Assembly: GCA_018221305.1 (NCBI GenBank)
Contig: JAAOYK010000051.1
Coordinates: 20,085 to 84,084, forward strand
DNA: 64,000 nucleotides
Reading direction: 5' to 3'
Source: Candidatus Pacearchaeota archaeon
GTDB lineage: Archaea; Nanobdellota; Nanobdellia; Pacearchaeales; GW2011-AR1
Shown: positions 19,205 to 29,402 of the stretch, in pieces
Numbering within the stretch: the first letter of the stretch is position 1
How the letters are laid out: each line of letters opens with the position of its first letter
Translations under genes and position numbers: made by a program
Notes under the pieces: generated by a model
What the model was told of the DNA's origin: nothing
The model's input: only the letters and a program-made list of their open reading frames with translations
The model's database searches: none

Positions 19205-19891
19205 ATGAAAATAAGAAATCTTAACAAAAAGATCATTGTAAGTATTACTGGTAGTACTGAAAAAGAATGGAAAGACAAATTAGAAGAGATTAAAAAACTG
19301 AAAGTAAAGAGATTTGCAGTTTTTTTATCACAGTACGGGCCCAGTCAAAGACAAAAGATCTATAAAGAACTGCTCAAAATAAAAACAAAAAAGATTAAAA
19401 TCCCCCTAATTCACCTCCGAGATGATATGAATTCAGAAGAGGTAGGATTTTTAGTCAAGAATTTTAAACCAAAATATTTAACCATCCATGAAGATCATTT
19501 TAAATTTTTAGACAAATGGAAAGAATGGAAAGACAAACTGCTTCTTGAAATGAACTATAACGATCAAGTCCCAAAAGAAGTCGCAGTTGAAAAAATTAAA
19601 GGTTTTTGTATTGATCTTTCTCATTTTAAAGCAAGCCAAAAAAGACAGACAAAAGACTTTGACTACATCATAAGCAAAAAAAAGAGCCGCAAATATTTCA
19701 AAGCTAATCATTTAAACGGATACAACAAACAAAAAGAAAAAGACATCCACAAAATTCAATCTTTAAGAAATTTTGATTACTTAACAAGCCTTCCAAATTT
19801 TTTGTTCGGCAAAGTAATTGCGCTTGAGACACAAAACCCAATCGCGCAACAAATCAAGTTTAAAGAACACATCATCTCGCTTTTATCTTAG
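19205..19891 (+). CDS. Hypothetical protein, possible xylose-isomerase-like TIM barrel
   Basis: Spaced metal-ligand-like motifs IHLR, TIHE, LEMN, CIDLSH, NHLNG, ALET. Confidence 0.5.
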   Translation: MKIRNLNKKIIVSITGSTEKEWKDKLEEIKKLKVKRFAVFLSQYGPSQRQKIYKELLKIKTKKIKIPLIHLRDDMNSEEVGFLVKNFKPKYLTIHEDHFKFLDKWKEWKDKLLLEMNYNDQVPKEVAVEKIKGFCIDLSHFKASQKRQTKDFDYIISKKKSRKYFKANHLNGYNKQKEKDIHKIQSLRNFDYLTSLPNFLFGKVIALETQNPIAQQIKFKEHIISLLS

Positions 19892-19946
19892 AAATATTTA
19901 TTAACTAACAGTTCATAAAATGATTAATTAAAATTAACTATAGTCA

Positions 19947-20522
19947 ATGACAAAAAAAGTTTTAGTGATCGTGGCCCATCCAGACGACGAAACAATTTGG
20001 ATGGGGGGAACACTTCTATCCAATCCCAAATGGAACGTTACAATCATCAGCCTGTGCCGTAAAACAGACACAGACCGCGCTCCGAAATTTAAAAAAGTCT
20101 GTCGAGTTTACAACGCAAAATCTTTTATCTCAGATTTAGAAGACGAAGATTTAAAAGATCTGGACCGCGAAGAATTTACAAAACGGATTTTAAAGTTCGC
20201 AGACAAAAGTTATGACTACATCTTCACGCACGGACGCAACGGAGAGTACGGACACAAACGCCACATAGAAACACACAACGCCGTGAAGTTTCTCGTCGAT
20301 AAAAAACAAATCTTGGCAAAAAAACTTTTTTTCTTTTCTTACCGCAAGTCTGGAGCGATCTGTAACGCGAGCGCGCGTTCGGATAAGTTTATAAACATCA
20401 AAGACGAAATTTATTTAGAGAAAAAAAAGATTATCACAAAAATTTATGGATTTCAAAGGGGAGGGTTTGAAGAGAAGTGCTCTAAAAAAATTGAAGGTTT
20501 TAAAATTAAAAAAATAAAATGA
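19947..20522 (+). CDS. PIG-L/LmbE family deacetylase
   Basis: VAHPDDET and THGRNGEYGHKRH motifs. Confidence 0.88.
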   Translation: MTKKVLVIVAHPDDETIWMGGTLLSNPKWNVTIISLCRKTDTDRAPKFKKVCRVYNAKSFISDLEDEDLKDLDREEFTKRILKFADKSYDYIFTHGRNGEYGHKRHIETHNAVKFLVDKKQILAKKLFFFSYRKSGAICNASARSDKFINIKDEIYLEKKKIITKIYGFQRGGFEEKCSKKIEGFKIKKIK

Positions 20523-21658
20523 AAAGTTTAGTTCTTTATGCATATCCTGCAGAACCTGATGGTCAAAGTTTGCAAGGAGACATGCTTTACCGCGGCATCT
20601 TAAACGCAAACGAAGAAGCAATACCTTGCCACTTTCAAGACAGCGTACAAAAAGAGTTTTACCTAAAACATGTCAAACCAGATGTTGCGTTTGGAATCGG
20701 ATTTTGGGGGAACGTTCCAGAGATTGTACAAACACCTCTGCGTTATAAGGTTACACCAATCCCTTGGTTTAATGCAGATGGATGGGTTGCCAATTATCAA
20801 GAAGAATTTGACAAATTGGATTTAATGTTTACCACAAGCGAGTGGGTAAGACAAATCTACAAAAGAGATGGAGTAAATGTTAACAAAATTATCCCAATGC
20901 ATATAGGCATTGATACAAACTTATTCAAACCAACAAATCGCCCAGACCTTAACAAAGCAATTAAAAAAATGTTTGGAGTAGATAGTCATGAAAAAATGAT
21001 TCTAACAGTTGGAGGAGACGTGACATCAAAAGGTGCTCAGGAAATGATGAGAGCATTAGCCTTAATTGATAAAGAATACAAGGATTGGAAATATATTTGT
21101 AAATCCTGGCCCAGTGATTGTTCTGATGATTGGCGAGAAAAAGAAATGATTTTAGCAGATAAGTTAGGGATCGGGGATAAAGTTGAATTTATTGACGATG
21201 AATTTAGCCAAGAGTTCATGGTTCACTTATTAAATGCTACAGACATTTATGCAGCCCCTTCACGTATTGAAGGATACGGAATGATTCAAGTAGAAGCAAT
21301 GAGCTGTGCTAAACCAATAATCTCAATAAATAAAATGGGCCCGTGTGAAACAATAATACACAACAAAACAGGCCTCTTAGCAGGAGTTGATGAAGAAATA
21401 AAGTTAGACAGAGAATGGGCTTTTGAACACATGGGCTTTAACAAAAAACATATTGTTGAATTTAAAGAACCAAAAACTTTCGGGTACAGAGCAAATATTG
21501 AAGATTTACGCAAACATACCTTAAATCTTTTAGAAGATGAGGAACTTGTAAAACAAATGGGTGAAAATGCTAGAAAACATGTTGTAAAAAATTTAGACTA
21601 CAGAAACATTTCGCAAAAAATGCTAGAAATCACTAAAAAAAAGTTAGGCTTGGATTAA
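20519..21658 (+). CDS. GT4 glycosyltransferase
   Basis: GIDTNLFKP, KGAQEM, PSRIEGYGMIQVEAMSCAKP. Confidence 0.9.
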   Translation: MKSLVLYAYPAEPDGQSLQGDMLYRGILNANEEAIPCHFQDSVQKEFYLKHVKPDVAFGIGFWGNVPEIVQTPLRYKVTPIPWFNADGWVANYQEEFDKLDLMFTTSEWVRQIYKRDGVNVNKIIPMHIGIDTNLFKPTNRPDLNKAIKKMFGVDSHEKMILTVGGDVTSKGAQEMMRALALIDKEYKDWKYICKSWPSDCSDDWREKEMILADKLGIGDKVEFIDDEFSQEFMVHLLNATDIYAAPSRIEGYGMIQVEAMSCAKPIISINKMGPCETIIHNKTGLLAGVDEEIKLDREWAFEHMGFNKKHIVEFKEPKTFGYRANIEDLRKHTLNLLEDEELVKQMGENARKHVVKNLDYRNISQKMLEITKKKLGLD

Positions 21659-21704
21659 TAAAAATTGCAAGGTTATACAAATACATATCAACGATAAAAA
21701 TGAT

Positions 21705-22835
21705 TTACAACAACACTTTCTTTTTCTTTAAAGAATTATATGCCCACATGTATGTTCCAGCGCTCCATGCCTGAAAAATTCCGTGCGTCTTCTTTGTTTT
21801 AGGATCAATCCATTCAGGATAACAGTTTCCCTTAATATTTGAATAAGCTAAGCTTTCAAGTGCTTGTCTTGCTTTTTTAAACATTTTTAACTTTATCAAT
21901 GCCAACACATAAAATCCCCCAATATATGTCCAAATCCCACCATTTAAATAATGAAACGGTTGTCCTGCTTCACAATCTTGATAATAATCTTTCCAGTCCT
22001 TATCTCCTTTTTTTATCGGAGGGAAAATTGCTTTCACAGGATAGGGCTTATCAATACGTTTAACTTCAATATGACGCAATATTTTTTTTGCTTGACTCTT
22101 ATTTGCCAATCCAAAAACAATTGCCATTAAATTTCCTAAAGAATCAAACCATTTACCAATTTCTAAATATTTATTATGATTTTTCCAACGATACGCCCAA
22201 TAATAATTCCCATTCCAAAGTCCTGCATCTTTATTCCAATTAACATTTCGAGTCAACATATTAAGGAGCCTTCGATGCCACGTAAGCTTCAAAGTATAAT
22301 AATAAAGAGCCTGAGTATTTAAGGTACGCCCATATTTATGAGGGAAAGCGTCTTGCCAATCAGTTGTTGGCAATTGTTCCAACATACCATCTTCACCCAT
22401 ATCCTGATAAGTAAGCCAAACAAAAGCTTTTTTTAATTGACGCTTATATTTTCTACAAAGTGATTTATCATTATACCTTTTTTTATAAATATGATTACCA
22501 ATAATCCACCAAAGAGTAGAATCAATAGACAAAAAATCAATAAGCGGTTTCTTTTTTTTATCTTCAAACCCATGAACTGCATTTGGGATCTGCCCTTTTT
22601 CGCTTTGAGCATTACCTAATGTAATAATACTTTTCTTAAATTGTTCTTGATAAATAGAATCTTTATCAGTACTTGCACCAATCAAAGTAATCATGCTGTC
22701 CCTAGACCAGACACCTTTATAACCATTCTTCCCTCCAGAAGCATAGAGCCCATGTTTAGTGTCACATCTATCCAAAGTTTCTTCAGCCTTTTTATATGCC
22801 TTATCTAATAACCTATCTCCAGTTAAATTCACCAT
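21705..22835 (-). CDS. (alpha/alpha)6 glycoside hydrolase, GH100 alkaline/neutral invertase-like or amylo-alpha-1,6-glucosidase-like
   Basis: WSRDSM, GQIPN, SIDSTLWWII, DWQD, YLNGGIW, PEW, QAWSAG. Probable start MVNLTG at 22835. Confidence 0.75.
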   Translation of the reverse strand: MVNLTGDRLLDKAYKKAEETLDRCDTKHGLYASGGKNGYKGVWSRDSMITLIGASTDKDSIYQEQFKKSIITLGNAQSEKGQIPNAVHGFEDKKKKPLIDFLSIDSTLWWIIGNHIYKKRYNDKSLCRKYKRQLKKAFVWLTYQDMGEDGMLEQLPTTDWQDAFPHKYGRTLNTQALYYYTLKLTWHRRLLNMLTRNVNWNKDAGLWNGNYYWAYRWKNHNKYLEIGKWFDSLGNLMAIVFGLANKSQAKKILRHIEVKRIDKPYPVKAIFPPIKKGDKDWKDYYQDCEAGQPFHYLNGGIWTYIGGFYVLALIKLKMFKKARQALESLAYSNIKGNCYPEWIDPKTKKTHGIFQAWSAGTYMWAYNSLKKKKVLL

Positions 22836-22930
22836 TTTTATACATACAAATAGACCCATTTTATTATAAAGGTTTCTCTAGAAATCTTTATTAATATACG
22901 ATAAATAATAATACTATAAAAGAGGAAAAA

Positions 22931-23881
22931 ATGCAAAAAATAATAAAAATAAATAGTCTGAACGAATTTCTTACAAACCTGATAAAAGATTATACAGTTA
23001 TTGCTCCTGTAAAAGAAAGAACAACAAAATTTAAAGCAATATTAGATCCAAAGCAAATTTATTTGGATAAAATAACAAAAATTCCATTAAAAAAATTCTT
23101 TTTACCAGAAGAAGAGTTACTTCTTGCATTTAAAGAAAATAAGATAACTGAAGTAAGACCAAAAACTAAACCTACAATTATCTTTGGTGCAAGAAAGTGT
23201 GACCTTAATGCGATTAATGTACTCGATAAAGTAATGAAAGACCCAAACTATATGCATAGAAGGAAAAACACAATACTAATTGGCATGTACTGCACTCATC
23301 CGGATAAGTACTGCTTTTGTGAATCAATGGAGTTAATCAATTTTTATGACCTTTTCTTTTATCCGTACAATGGCCATTATTACATATCAATAGGTTCAAA
23401 AAAAGGAGAAGCACTAGTCAAACATTTACCAAGTGCAAAAAAAGAAATAACACTCAAATTCAAGAATACTAAGAAAATCAAGAACAAAGATATAGCAGCA
23501 GACTATCAAAACACAATCTGGGAGACAGATGCAAACAAATGTTTAAGTTGTTCTGCATGTACTGTTGTATGCCCTACTTGTAATTGCTTTGATATAAAAG
23601 ACAAATCATTAATTAACAAAAAGCAAGGAAGAAGAACAAGATCTTCTGCATCATGTCAACTTAAATCATTTAGTCGTGTTGCAGGCGGAAAAGCATTTAG
23701 AGATAGCAGATTATCACGTTTCAAACATTTTGTATATCATAAAATTGTATATTTTAAAAATCGCCACAAAATTTATATGTGTGTTGGCTGCGGAAGATGT
23801 TTACGTGCCTGTCCAACCCATATTGATTGGACAAAAACAATTAATATATTAAGTAAAACAAAAAAAATTCAAAAAAAATAA
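22931..23881 (+). CDS. hydB: Group 3b [NiFe] (sulf)hydrogenase beta subunit, 4Fe-4S
   Basis: CLSCSACTVVCPTCNCF and CVGCGRCLRACP ferredoxin motifs. Confidence 0.9.
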   Translation: MQKIIKINSLNEFLTNLIKDYTVIAPVKERTTKFKAILDPKQIYLDKITKIPLKKFFLPEEELLLAFKENKITEVRPKTKPTIIFGARKCDLNAINVLDKVMKDPNYMHRRKNTILIGMYCTHPDKYCFCESMELINFYDLFFYPYNGHYYISIGSKKGEALVKHLPSAKKEITLKFKNTKKIKNKDIAADYQNTIWETDANKCLSCSACTVVCPTCNCFDIKDKSLINKKQGRRTRSSASCQLKSFSRVAGGKAFRDSRLSRFKHFVYHKIVYFKNRHKIYMCVGCGRCLRACPTHIDWTKTINILSKTKKIQKK

Positions 23882-23883
23882 AA

Positions 23884-24699
23884 ATGGTATATCACCCACA
23901 ACCATACATAATAGACCACGTAAAAACAATTAATAAAGAAGTAAAACTATTTAGAATAAAGTCAGACTTAAACCCAAAACCAGGCCAATTCTTTGAAATA
24001 TCTATGCCAGGGATTGGCGAATGCCCATTAGCATCTTGTTCACATAACCCGCACCAAATAGACATGTTAACCCGCCTTGCAGGAAACGTAACAACTGCAT
24101 TTTTTCAATTAAAAAAAGGCGACATAGTCCACATCAGGGGACCATACGGTAAAGGATTTCCGTTAGGCAAACTAAAAAATAAAAACCTAATCCTAATAGC
24201 AGGAGGGACCGGCCTTGCCCCAATAACATCACTAATAAACTATATCGAACAAAATAGATCACATTTTGGAAATATTATAATTTATTTCGGTTTTAGAAAT
24301 CCAGAGTACATTCTTTTAAAAGATAAAATAAAGGAATGGAGAAAGAAATTTAAGGTAACAATTTGCCTTGACAAACTAGAAGGCGACAAACAATGTAAAG
24401 AAGGCTTTGTCCATGAGGTAATGAATAAAGCTCCACCCGACACAGCAGAAACTATTGCCCTTATGTGCGGCCCTGAAATTATGATGAAATCAGTAACACA
24501 AACTCTTAACAAGCTAGGATTAACTGACGACAAGATTTACTGGAGCATGGAACGCCGAATGGAATGTGCTTTTGGGAACTGTGGCCGATGCTTAATTCAG
24601 GATGTCTATGTTTGTCGTGATGGACCTGTTTTTCGTTATGATCATATTAAACCAAGGTTAGAAAACGAAGAAACATCAAACAAAATAAAAACACACTAA
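23884..24699 (+). CDS. hydG: Group 3b hydrogenase gamma subunit (FAD/NAD(P)-binding, 2Fe-2S)
   Basis: PGQF, RGPYGKGF, AGGTGLAP, CGPEIMM, ERRMECAFGNCGRC, VCRDGPVF. Confidence 0.9.
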   Translation: MVYHPQPYIIDHVKTINKEVKLFRIKSDLNPKPGQFFEISMPGIGECPLASCSHNPHQIDMLTRLAGNVTTAFFQLKKGDIVHIRGPYGKGFPLGKLKNKNLILIAGGTGLAPITSLINYIEQNRSHFGNIIIYFGFRNPEYILLKDKIKEWRKKFKVTICLDKLEGDKQCKEGFVHEVMNKAPPDTAETIALMCGPEIMMKSVTQTLNKLGLTDDKIYWSMERRMECAFGNCGRCLIQDVYVCRDGPVFRYDHIKPRLENEETSNKIKTH

Positions 24700-24701
24700 A
24701 G

Positions 24702-25493
24702 ATGAAACAAAAAAAAGAAAATACAACTGAAAAATTAAAAATAGGACTTTATGGGATTTCTGGATGCGCAGGATGTTTATTAACAGTAATCTATGAAGAT
24801 TGTTTTACAGAGATTAACGAATTAGTAGACATAAAAGCTTTTCCACTTATTAAAGAAGATAATTACAAAGGCCCACTAGATTATTGCTTTATTGAAGGAA
24901 CAGTTTGTTTTGATGAAGATATAATAACTTTAAAAAAATTAAGAAAACGCAGCAAATATATTGTAGCACTTGGGGCATGTTCTCATGTTGGAGGAGTTCC
25001 TTCAATGAAAAATTTTCTAAATAAAGATAAAGTTATGCGTTTTGTTTACCCAAAATATAATCATTTAAAGTCCACTAACCCAACTCCAATTAACAAACAT
25101 ATCAAAGTTGACTACTACCTCCCACAATGTCCACCATCAAAAAAAGAAATCTTAGAATTTGTGCAAGCCATTACCTCAAACAGACCGTTTCGGCTTACAG
25201 AAGACCCAGTATGCTTTGAATGTCGAAAAAAAGGAAACCCGTGCCTATTAAACCAAGGCCAACTTTGCCTTGGACCAATAACACGCGGGGGCTGTGATGC
25301 ATTATGTCCTACAAATGATACAATTTGTTATGGCTGCAGAGGACCGTGTCCTGATGCAAATATTCATGCTTTTAAAGAATTATTAAAAGAAAAAGGATAC
25401 ACACAAAAAGAGTTAGTTGCCAAGATGCAGACATTTGCAGGATTACAATTTAAAGAATTTGAAGAGGAAAAATCAACATGGTTAGAGAAATAA
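24702..25493 (+). CDS. hydD: Group 3b hydrogenase small (delta) subunit
   Basis: SGCAGC, IEG, LGACSHVGG, PQCPP, VCFEC, CLGPITRGGCDALCP, CYGCRG. Confidence 0.9.
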   Translation: MKQKKENTTEKLKIGLYGISGCAGCLLTVIYEDCFTEINELVDIKAFPLIKEDNYKGPLDYCFIEGTVCFDEDIITLKKLRKRSKYIVALGACSHVGGVPSMKNFLNKDKVMRFVYPKYNHLKSTNPTPINKHIKVDYYLPQCPPSKKEILEFVQAITSNRPFRLTEDPVCFECRKKGNPCLLNQGQLCLGPITRGGCDALCPTNDTICYGCRGPCPDANIHAFKELLKEKGYTQKELVAKMQTFAGLQFKEFEEEKSTWLEK

Positions 25494-26767
25494 ATTTAAA
25501 TCACATTTGTAAGATTGAAGGACATGCCCACCTTAATCTCAAAATTGAACATAACAAAGTAATACAGTGTCACTTAAAAGCAAGCGAAGGTGCGCGGTTT
25601 TTTGAAGCTTTAGTTCTTGGCAAGCAAGTAAAAGATGTTCAAGAGATAGTAAGCCGGATTTGTGGGATTTGTAGTAGTGCTCACACTGTAGCATCAATTC
25701 AAGCATTAGAAGAAGCATTGAACATAAAACCAACAAGACAACAAAAATTTATTAGAGAACTACTAATGATTGGTGAACGTATAAGAAGCCATGCAACACA
25801 CCTTTACTTTCTTGCACTTCCAGATTATTATAACAAAGCATCAGCCCTGCAGTTAGGCCCAGAACATAAAGAAAAAATTAATGATGCTATATCTCTAATA
25901 ACATTAGGTAACAAAATAGTAGAAGTTTTTGGAGGTCGCGAGATCCATCCATTCCTGGATATTAAAGAAGAATTACCACAAACAAGCCTTCAAGGAATAT
26001 TAAATCAGCTAAAACAATCAAAACCAAAAATAATTCAGACAATAAACCTTTTTGCAAATCTTCAATATAAAAAATTTGAACGAAAGACAGACTACCTTTG
26101 TTTAAAAGATGACAAAAATTATGCAAACATCTCTGGAAAGATAGTTACACTCTCTGGACTTATCAATGATAATAATTATAAGAGACATATTAAAGAGTCT
26201 GTAAAAGAATACGCCACATCAAAGTTTGCTCTTCAAAACAATAAACCATATTGTGTCGGCTCTATTGCCAGGATCAACAATAATCAAGCAACAATTGATA
26301 ATGAAACAAAAACAATCATGCAACAATTAAACATATCTCTCCCATTTACTAATCCGTTTCATAATAATATAGCTCAAGCACTTGAATTACTAATCCATAC
26401 AAACCAAGCAATAAAACTTATTGAAAATATGCCACAAAAAGAAAAGCTACACAGCACAGTTATTAAATCCGGTCACGGAATATCAGCAGTAGAAGCTCCG
26501 CGCGGGACACTATTTCATGAGTATAAAATAAATGAGCATGGAAAAGTAACATATTGTAACATAATAACACCAACCGTACAAAACCTAAACATGATGGAAT
26601 CTGATATCGCAGGCCTAGTAAATCAATTATTAGAAGAAAAAACATCACGAAAACAAATAGTATTAGAAGTTGAAAAACTAATACGCTCATATGATCCTTG
26701 TTTCTCATGTTCAACACATTTTTTAAAGGTAAATTGGTTAGAGGAGTATAATGAAAAAACACACTAA
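25478..26767 (+). CDS. hydA: Group 3b [NiFe] hydrogenase large (alpha) subunit
   Basis: IEGH, L1 RICGICSSAH, EAPRGTLFH, L2 DPCFSCSTH followed by a 15-aa C-terminal extension. Confidence 0.93.
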   Translation: MVREINLNHICKIEGHAHLNLKIEHNKVIQCHLKASEGARFFEALVLGKQVKDVQEIVSRICGICSSAHTVASIQALEEALNIKPTRQQKFIRELLMIGERIRSHATHLYFLALPDYYNKASALQLGPEHKEKINDAISLITLGNKIVEVFGGREIHPFLDIKEELPQTSLQGILNQLKQSKPKIIQTINLFANLQYKKFERKTDYLCLKDDKNYANISGKIVTLSGLINDNNYKRHIKESVKEYATSKFALQNNKPYCVGSIARINNNQATIDNETKTIMQQLNISLPFTNPFHNNIAQALELLIHTNQAIKLIENMPQKEKLHSTVIKSGHGISAVEAPRGTLFHEYKINEHGKVTYCNIITPTVQNLNMMESDIAGLVNQLLEEKTSRKQIVLEVEKLIRSYDPCFSCSTHFLKVNWLEEYNEKTH

Positions 26768-27020
26768 ACACGGACTAATAACAGGAGTAATAGCTAGTGT
26801 TCTGTTTCTGTTATATAAAATATTTAAGCCAAGATTTAATGGGAAAATAACAGACCTAAATCAGGAATTATTTTCTCAAGGTTGGACATCAATTGCAACG
26901 ATTAAAGGCTTTTTTGAAATTATTGGCATGACCCTCTTAGTTTTAATAATCTTTTTTTTCATTGGATCCTGTATTTCTTATCTAATAAGTAAAATCAAGA
27001 AAAAACTTAAAAAGAAGTAA
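26751..27020 (+). CDS. Small two-TM hypothetical membrane protein
   Basis: Two hydrophobic stretches; overlaps the end of hydA with a GAGG RBS-like sequence upstream. Confidence 0.55.
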   Translation: MKKHTKHGLITGVIASVLFLLYKIFKPRFNGKITDLNQELFSQGWTSIATIKGFFEIIGMTLLVLIIFFFIGSCISYLISKIKKKLKKK

Positions 27021-27378
27021 TTAACCCTTCAACAGACTTCCTAATTTTATTCATGTCTCCTTCGATAGGAATTCCAAGAATCTTTACCAGATCAGAATTA
27101 CCCAACAATTTCAAAACAAATCCAGCATCAAAGTCATGCGCAGAAAAAATACTATCCTGACGCAAATCATTAATATTTAGTAATTTAACTTCATTCAAAC
27201 CCGACACAACATCTAATACAAATATTTTTTCATCTTCACTGTTCTGCATCACTTCCATTAACTGAAAACTATCATTAATCATAAAAACATCAAACACCCC
27301 CCCAAGCGTCTCTCCTATTTTTTTGGCCAAACTGTCCTCTTTAATAAATTCATTGCCAAGACAAATTATTTTAGTCAT
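27007..27378 (-). CDS. Hydrogenase maturation endopeptidase-like protein (short HycI/HybD-like)
   Basis: ICLGNEFIKEDS, VLDVVSG and SAHDF match the protease pattern; adjacent to the hydrogenase. Confidence 0.7.
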   Translation of the reverse strand: MTKIICLGNEFIKEDSLAKKIGETLGGVFDVFMINDSFQLMEVMQNSEDEKIFVLDVVSGLNEVKLLNINDLRQDSIFSAHDFDAGFVLKLLGNSDLVKILGIPIEGDMNKIRKSVEGLITSF

Positions 27379-27428
27379 ATAACAAATTAATAAGAAATAT
27401 ATAAAAACATTCGCAATTTGAGATTATC

Positions 27429-28349
27429 ATGAAAAAGAGTCGAAATTCTAAAAATCTAAGAGAAATCAGGGGAACATTATTAATTTTACTAACAGCATTC
27501 ATCTCTGGAATGAATATAGTTATCAACAAATTCTTTGTTGTAAAAATAGATCCACTAGTGTTTACTGCTTCAAGAGCTTTATTAATAGGAATAGTATTTT
27601 TTCTAATTTCACTTTACGTATCAAAAAGCACAAAAAAGCATTTTAAGAAAACTTCATGGACAAAATTAATTCTAATAGGAATCATTGGCGGAAGTTTTGC
27701 ATTTTGGTTATTTTTCGAAGGACTAAAACTTACCACTGCAGGCCGGGCAGCATTCATACACAAAACATTACCAATATATGCAGTAATATTTGCTTTCGTA
27801 TTTTTAAAAGAAAAAATATCAAAAAAATATTTGATAGCTTTGACGATAATGCTTTTAGGGCTTTTATTAATAGAACTCTCAAAACTGTCTCTAAATGTAA
27901 GAATAGGAGACCTCTTGGTTTTAAGTGCTACAATTTTATGGGCCATTGAAAATACTCTTGCAAAAAAAGTAATGACCAAAAAAGAATCAAACTGGATTGT
28001 AACATTTAGCAGAATGTTTTTTGGATCTCTTATTTTATTTGCCATAATCTTTTTAGTTGGAAAAACAAACATTTTACTAAGTCTAAATATACAACAAATA
28101 TCGTACATAGCAATATCAGCAACACTACTTTTATTGTACGTCCTAACATGGTACTGGGGTTTAAAATATATTAACCTGTCAAAAGCTTCAACAATCCTAT
28201 TATTATCACCCGTAATTTCATTAATATTAGGAATGATCTGGTTAAGTGAAACAGTTCTCATACCTCAATTGATAGGGTCTATACTAATCTTAATCGGGGC
28301 TTATGTGGTTACGAAAACAAAAAGTGAAAGCAGAATTTTAGGAATTTAA
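27429..28349 (+). CDS. EamA/DMT family transporter
   Basis: About 10 TM helices in two repeats; FFEGLKLTTAGRAAFI, FLKEKIS. Confidence 0.9.
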   Translation: MKKSRNSKNLREIRGTLLILLTAFISGMNIVINKFFVVKIDPLVFTASRALLIGIVFFLISLYVSKSTKKHFKKTSWTKLILIGIIGGSFAFWLFFEGLKLTTAGRAAFIHKTLPIYAVIFAFVFLKEKISKKYLIALTIMLLGLLLIELSKLSLNVRIGDLLVLSATILWAIENTLAKKVMTKKESNWIVTFSRMFFGSLILFAIIFLVGKTNILLSLNIQQISYIAISATLLLLYVLTWYWGLKYINLSKASTILLLSPVISLILGMIWLSETVLIPQLIGSILILIGAYVVTKTKSESRILGI

Positions 28350-28384
28350 ATCTTTTTTTAAACATTACTAAATACCTATAACAG

Positions 28385-28861
28385 TCATATTTTCTTGACA
28401 GCAGCATGATTATGACACCGAATTTTATCCCCAACATTTGCCGTTGCAAAATATTTTCCAATAGCAATACCCTTACCATCACTATATTCAACTTCATAAA
28501 CCGCAACATCATCCATATAACGAACATTGGTTACAATACCATCACGAACCTTACACATTTCGCACTGCTCATCACTTAATTTTATATAATTCCCCTCGCG
28601 ATCATCAATTAGCTTATTATGTCGCTTAACAAAATATTCATCAACAGCCTCACTGGTTTTTTCACCAATTCTTTTCACAGCTTCACTAAAAACTTGTTCA
28701 AGAACATCACGTGAAGGAACTATGCCTGATTTAGCCATTAAAATTAATTCATCTCTTTGGTCTGGTGTAACCTTTTTTAAATGTACTAAATTTTCTACAC
28801 AAGTTATGCCATATCTAAAAAGTTCTTCTTCATAAGTTGCCATTATTTTCTCTTCAAGCAT
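28385..28861 (-). CDS. Hypothetical protein with a HypC-like C-terminal region
   Basis: C-terminal CKVRDGIVTNV...ANVGDKIRCHNHAAVKKI resembles the HypC OB-fold; overlaps hypC. Confidence 0.55.
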   Translation of the reverse strand: MLEEKIMATYEEELFRYGITCVENLVHLKKVTPDQRDELILMAKSGIVPSRDVLEQVFSEAVKRIGEKTSEAVDEYFVKRHNKLIDDREGNYIKLSDEQCEMCKVRDGIVTNVRYMDDVAVYEVEYSDGKGIAIGKYFATANVGDKIRCHNHAAVKKI

Positions 28862-29054
28862 TTTGCATTAATTCTATGCATTTTCTAGCTTTTTCTGAAT
28901 TTATCTTATCAATAACAAAACCACAACTAACAATAACATATTCGCCTAGACTAACATCAAAGAGTTTCTTAACATTTCTTTTCTCACACCCATAATCTAC
29001 AATAACATCATCTCCATTAATTTCTATAATTTTTCCAGGTATTGCTAAACACAT
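28854..29054 (-). CDS. hypC: Hydrogenase maturation chaperone HypC
   Basis: MCLAIPGKIIEI...GEYVIVSCGFVI. Confidence 0.92.
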   Translation of the reverse strand: MCLAIPGKIIEINGDDVIVDYGCEKRNVKKLFDVSLGEYVIVSCGFVIDKINSEKARKCIELMQNA

Positions 29055-29066
29055 TTTTTTTATATT

Positions 29067-29390
29067 TTAATCACCATATACTACTTTAATAATTTTTATA
29101 TCCTCGCCTTGTATAATCTCAGGAAAACTTTCACATTTCGGACAACAATAAACAACCAGATCATGAAGTCTTTGTCTAATTTTAGCCCTTCCTTCATATC
29201 CACAAGCACATTTAACTTTACTTGTCCGTTCTACAACATCAACCTTCCAAGGCATTTCTTCTTCTAAATGTTCTTTTAAATGCTCTGCTTTAATTCCGGC
29301 AAGTTCACCAACTTCTAAAGTAATCTCAACCACATTATCTTTATTTTCAATATTACTAATTATTGCTTGTATAAAAGAATGTTCATGCAT
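29067..29390 (-). CDS. hypA: Hydrogenase nickel incorporation protein HypA
   Basis: MHE N-terminus, LEVGELAG, CACG and CPKC Zn motifs, IIQGEDI. Confidence 0.9.
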   Translation of the reverse strand: MHEHSFIQAIISNIENKDNVVEITLEVGELAGIKAEHLKEHLEEEMPWKVDVVERTSKVKCACGYEGRAKIRQRLHDLVVYCCPKCESFPEIIQGEDIKIIKVVYGD

Positions 29391-29402
29391 ATTGCTTCTT
29401 CC

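Noticed and set aside
27614..28261. 215-aa antisense ORF and the other short ORFs nested in or antisense to long genes
   Set aside because: These are shadow frames of well-supported genes with no recognisable motifs.
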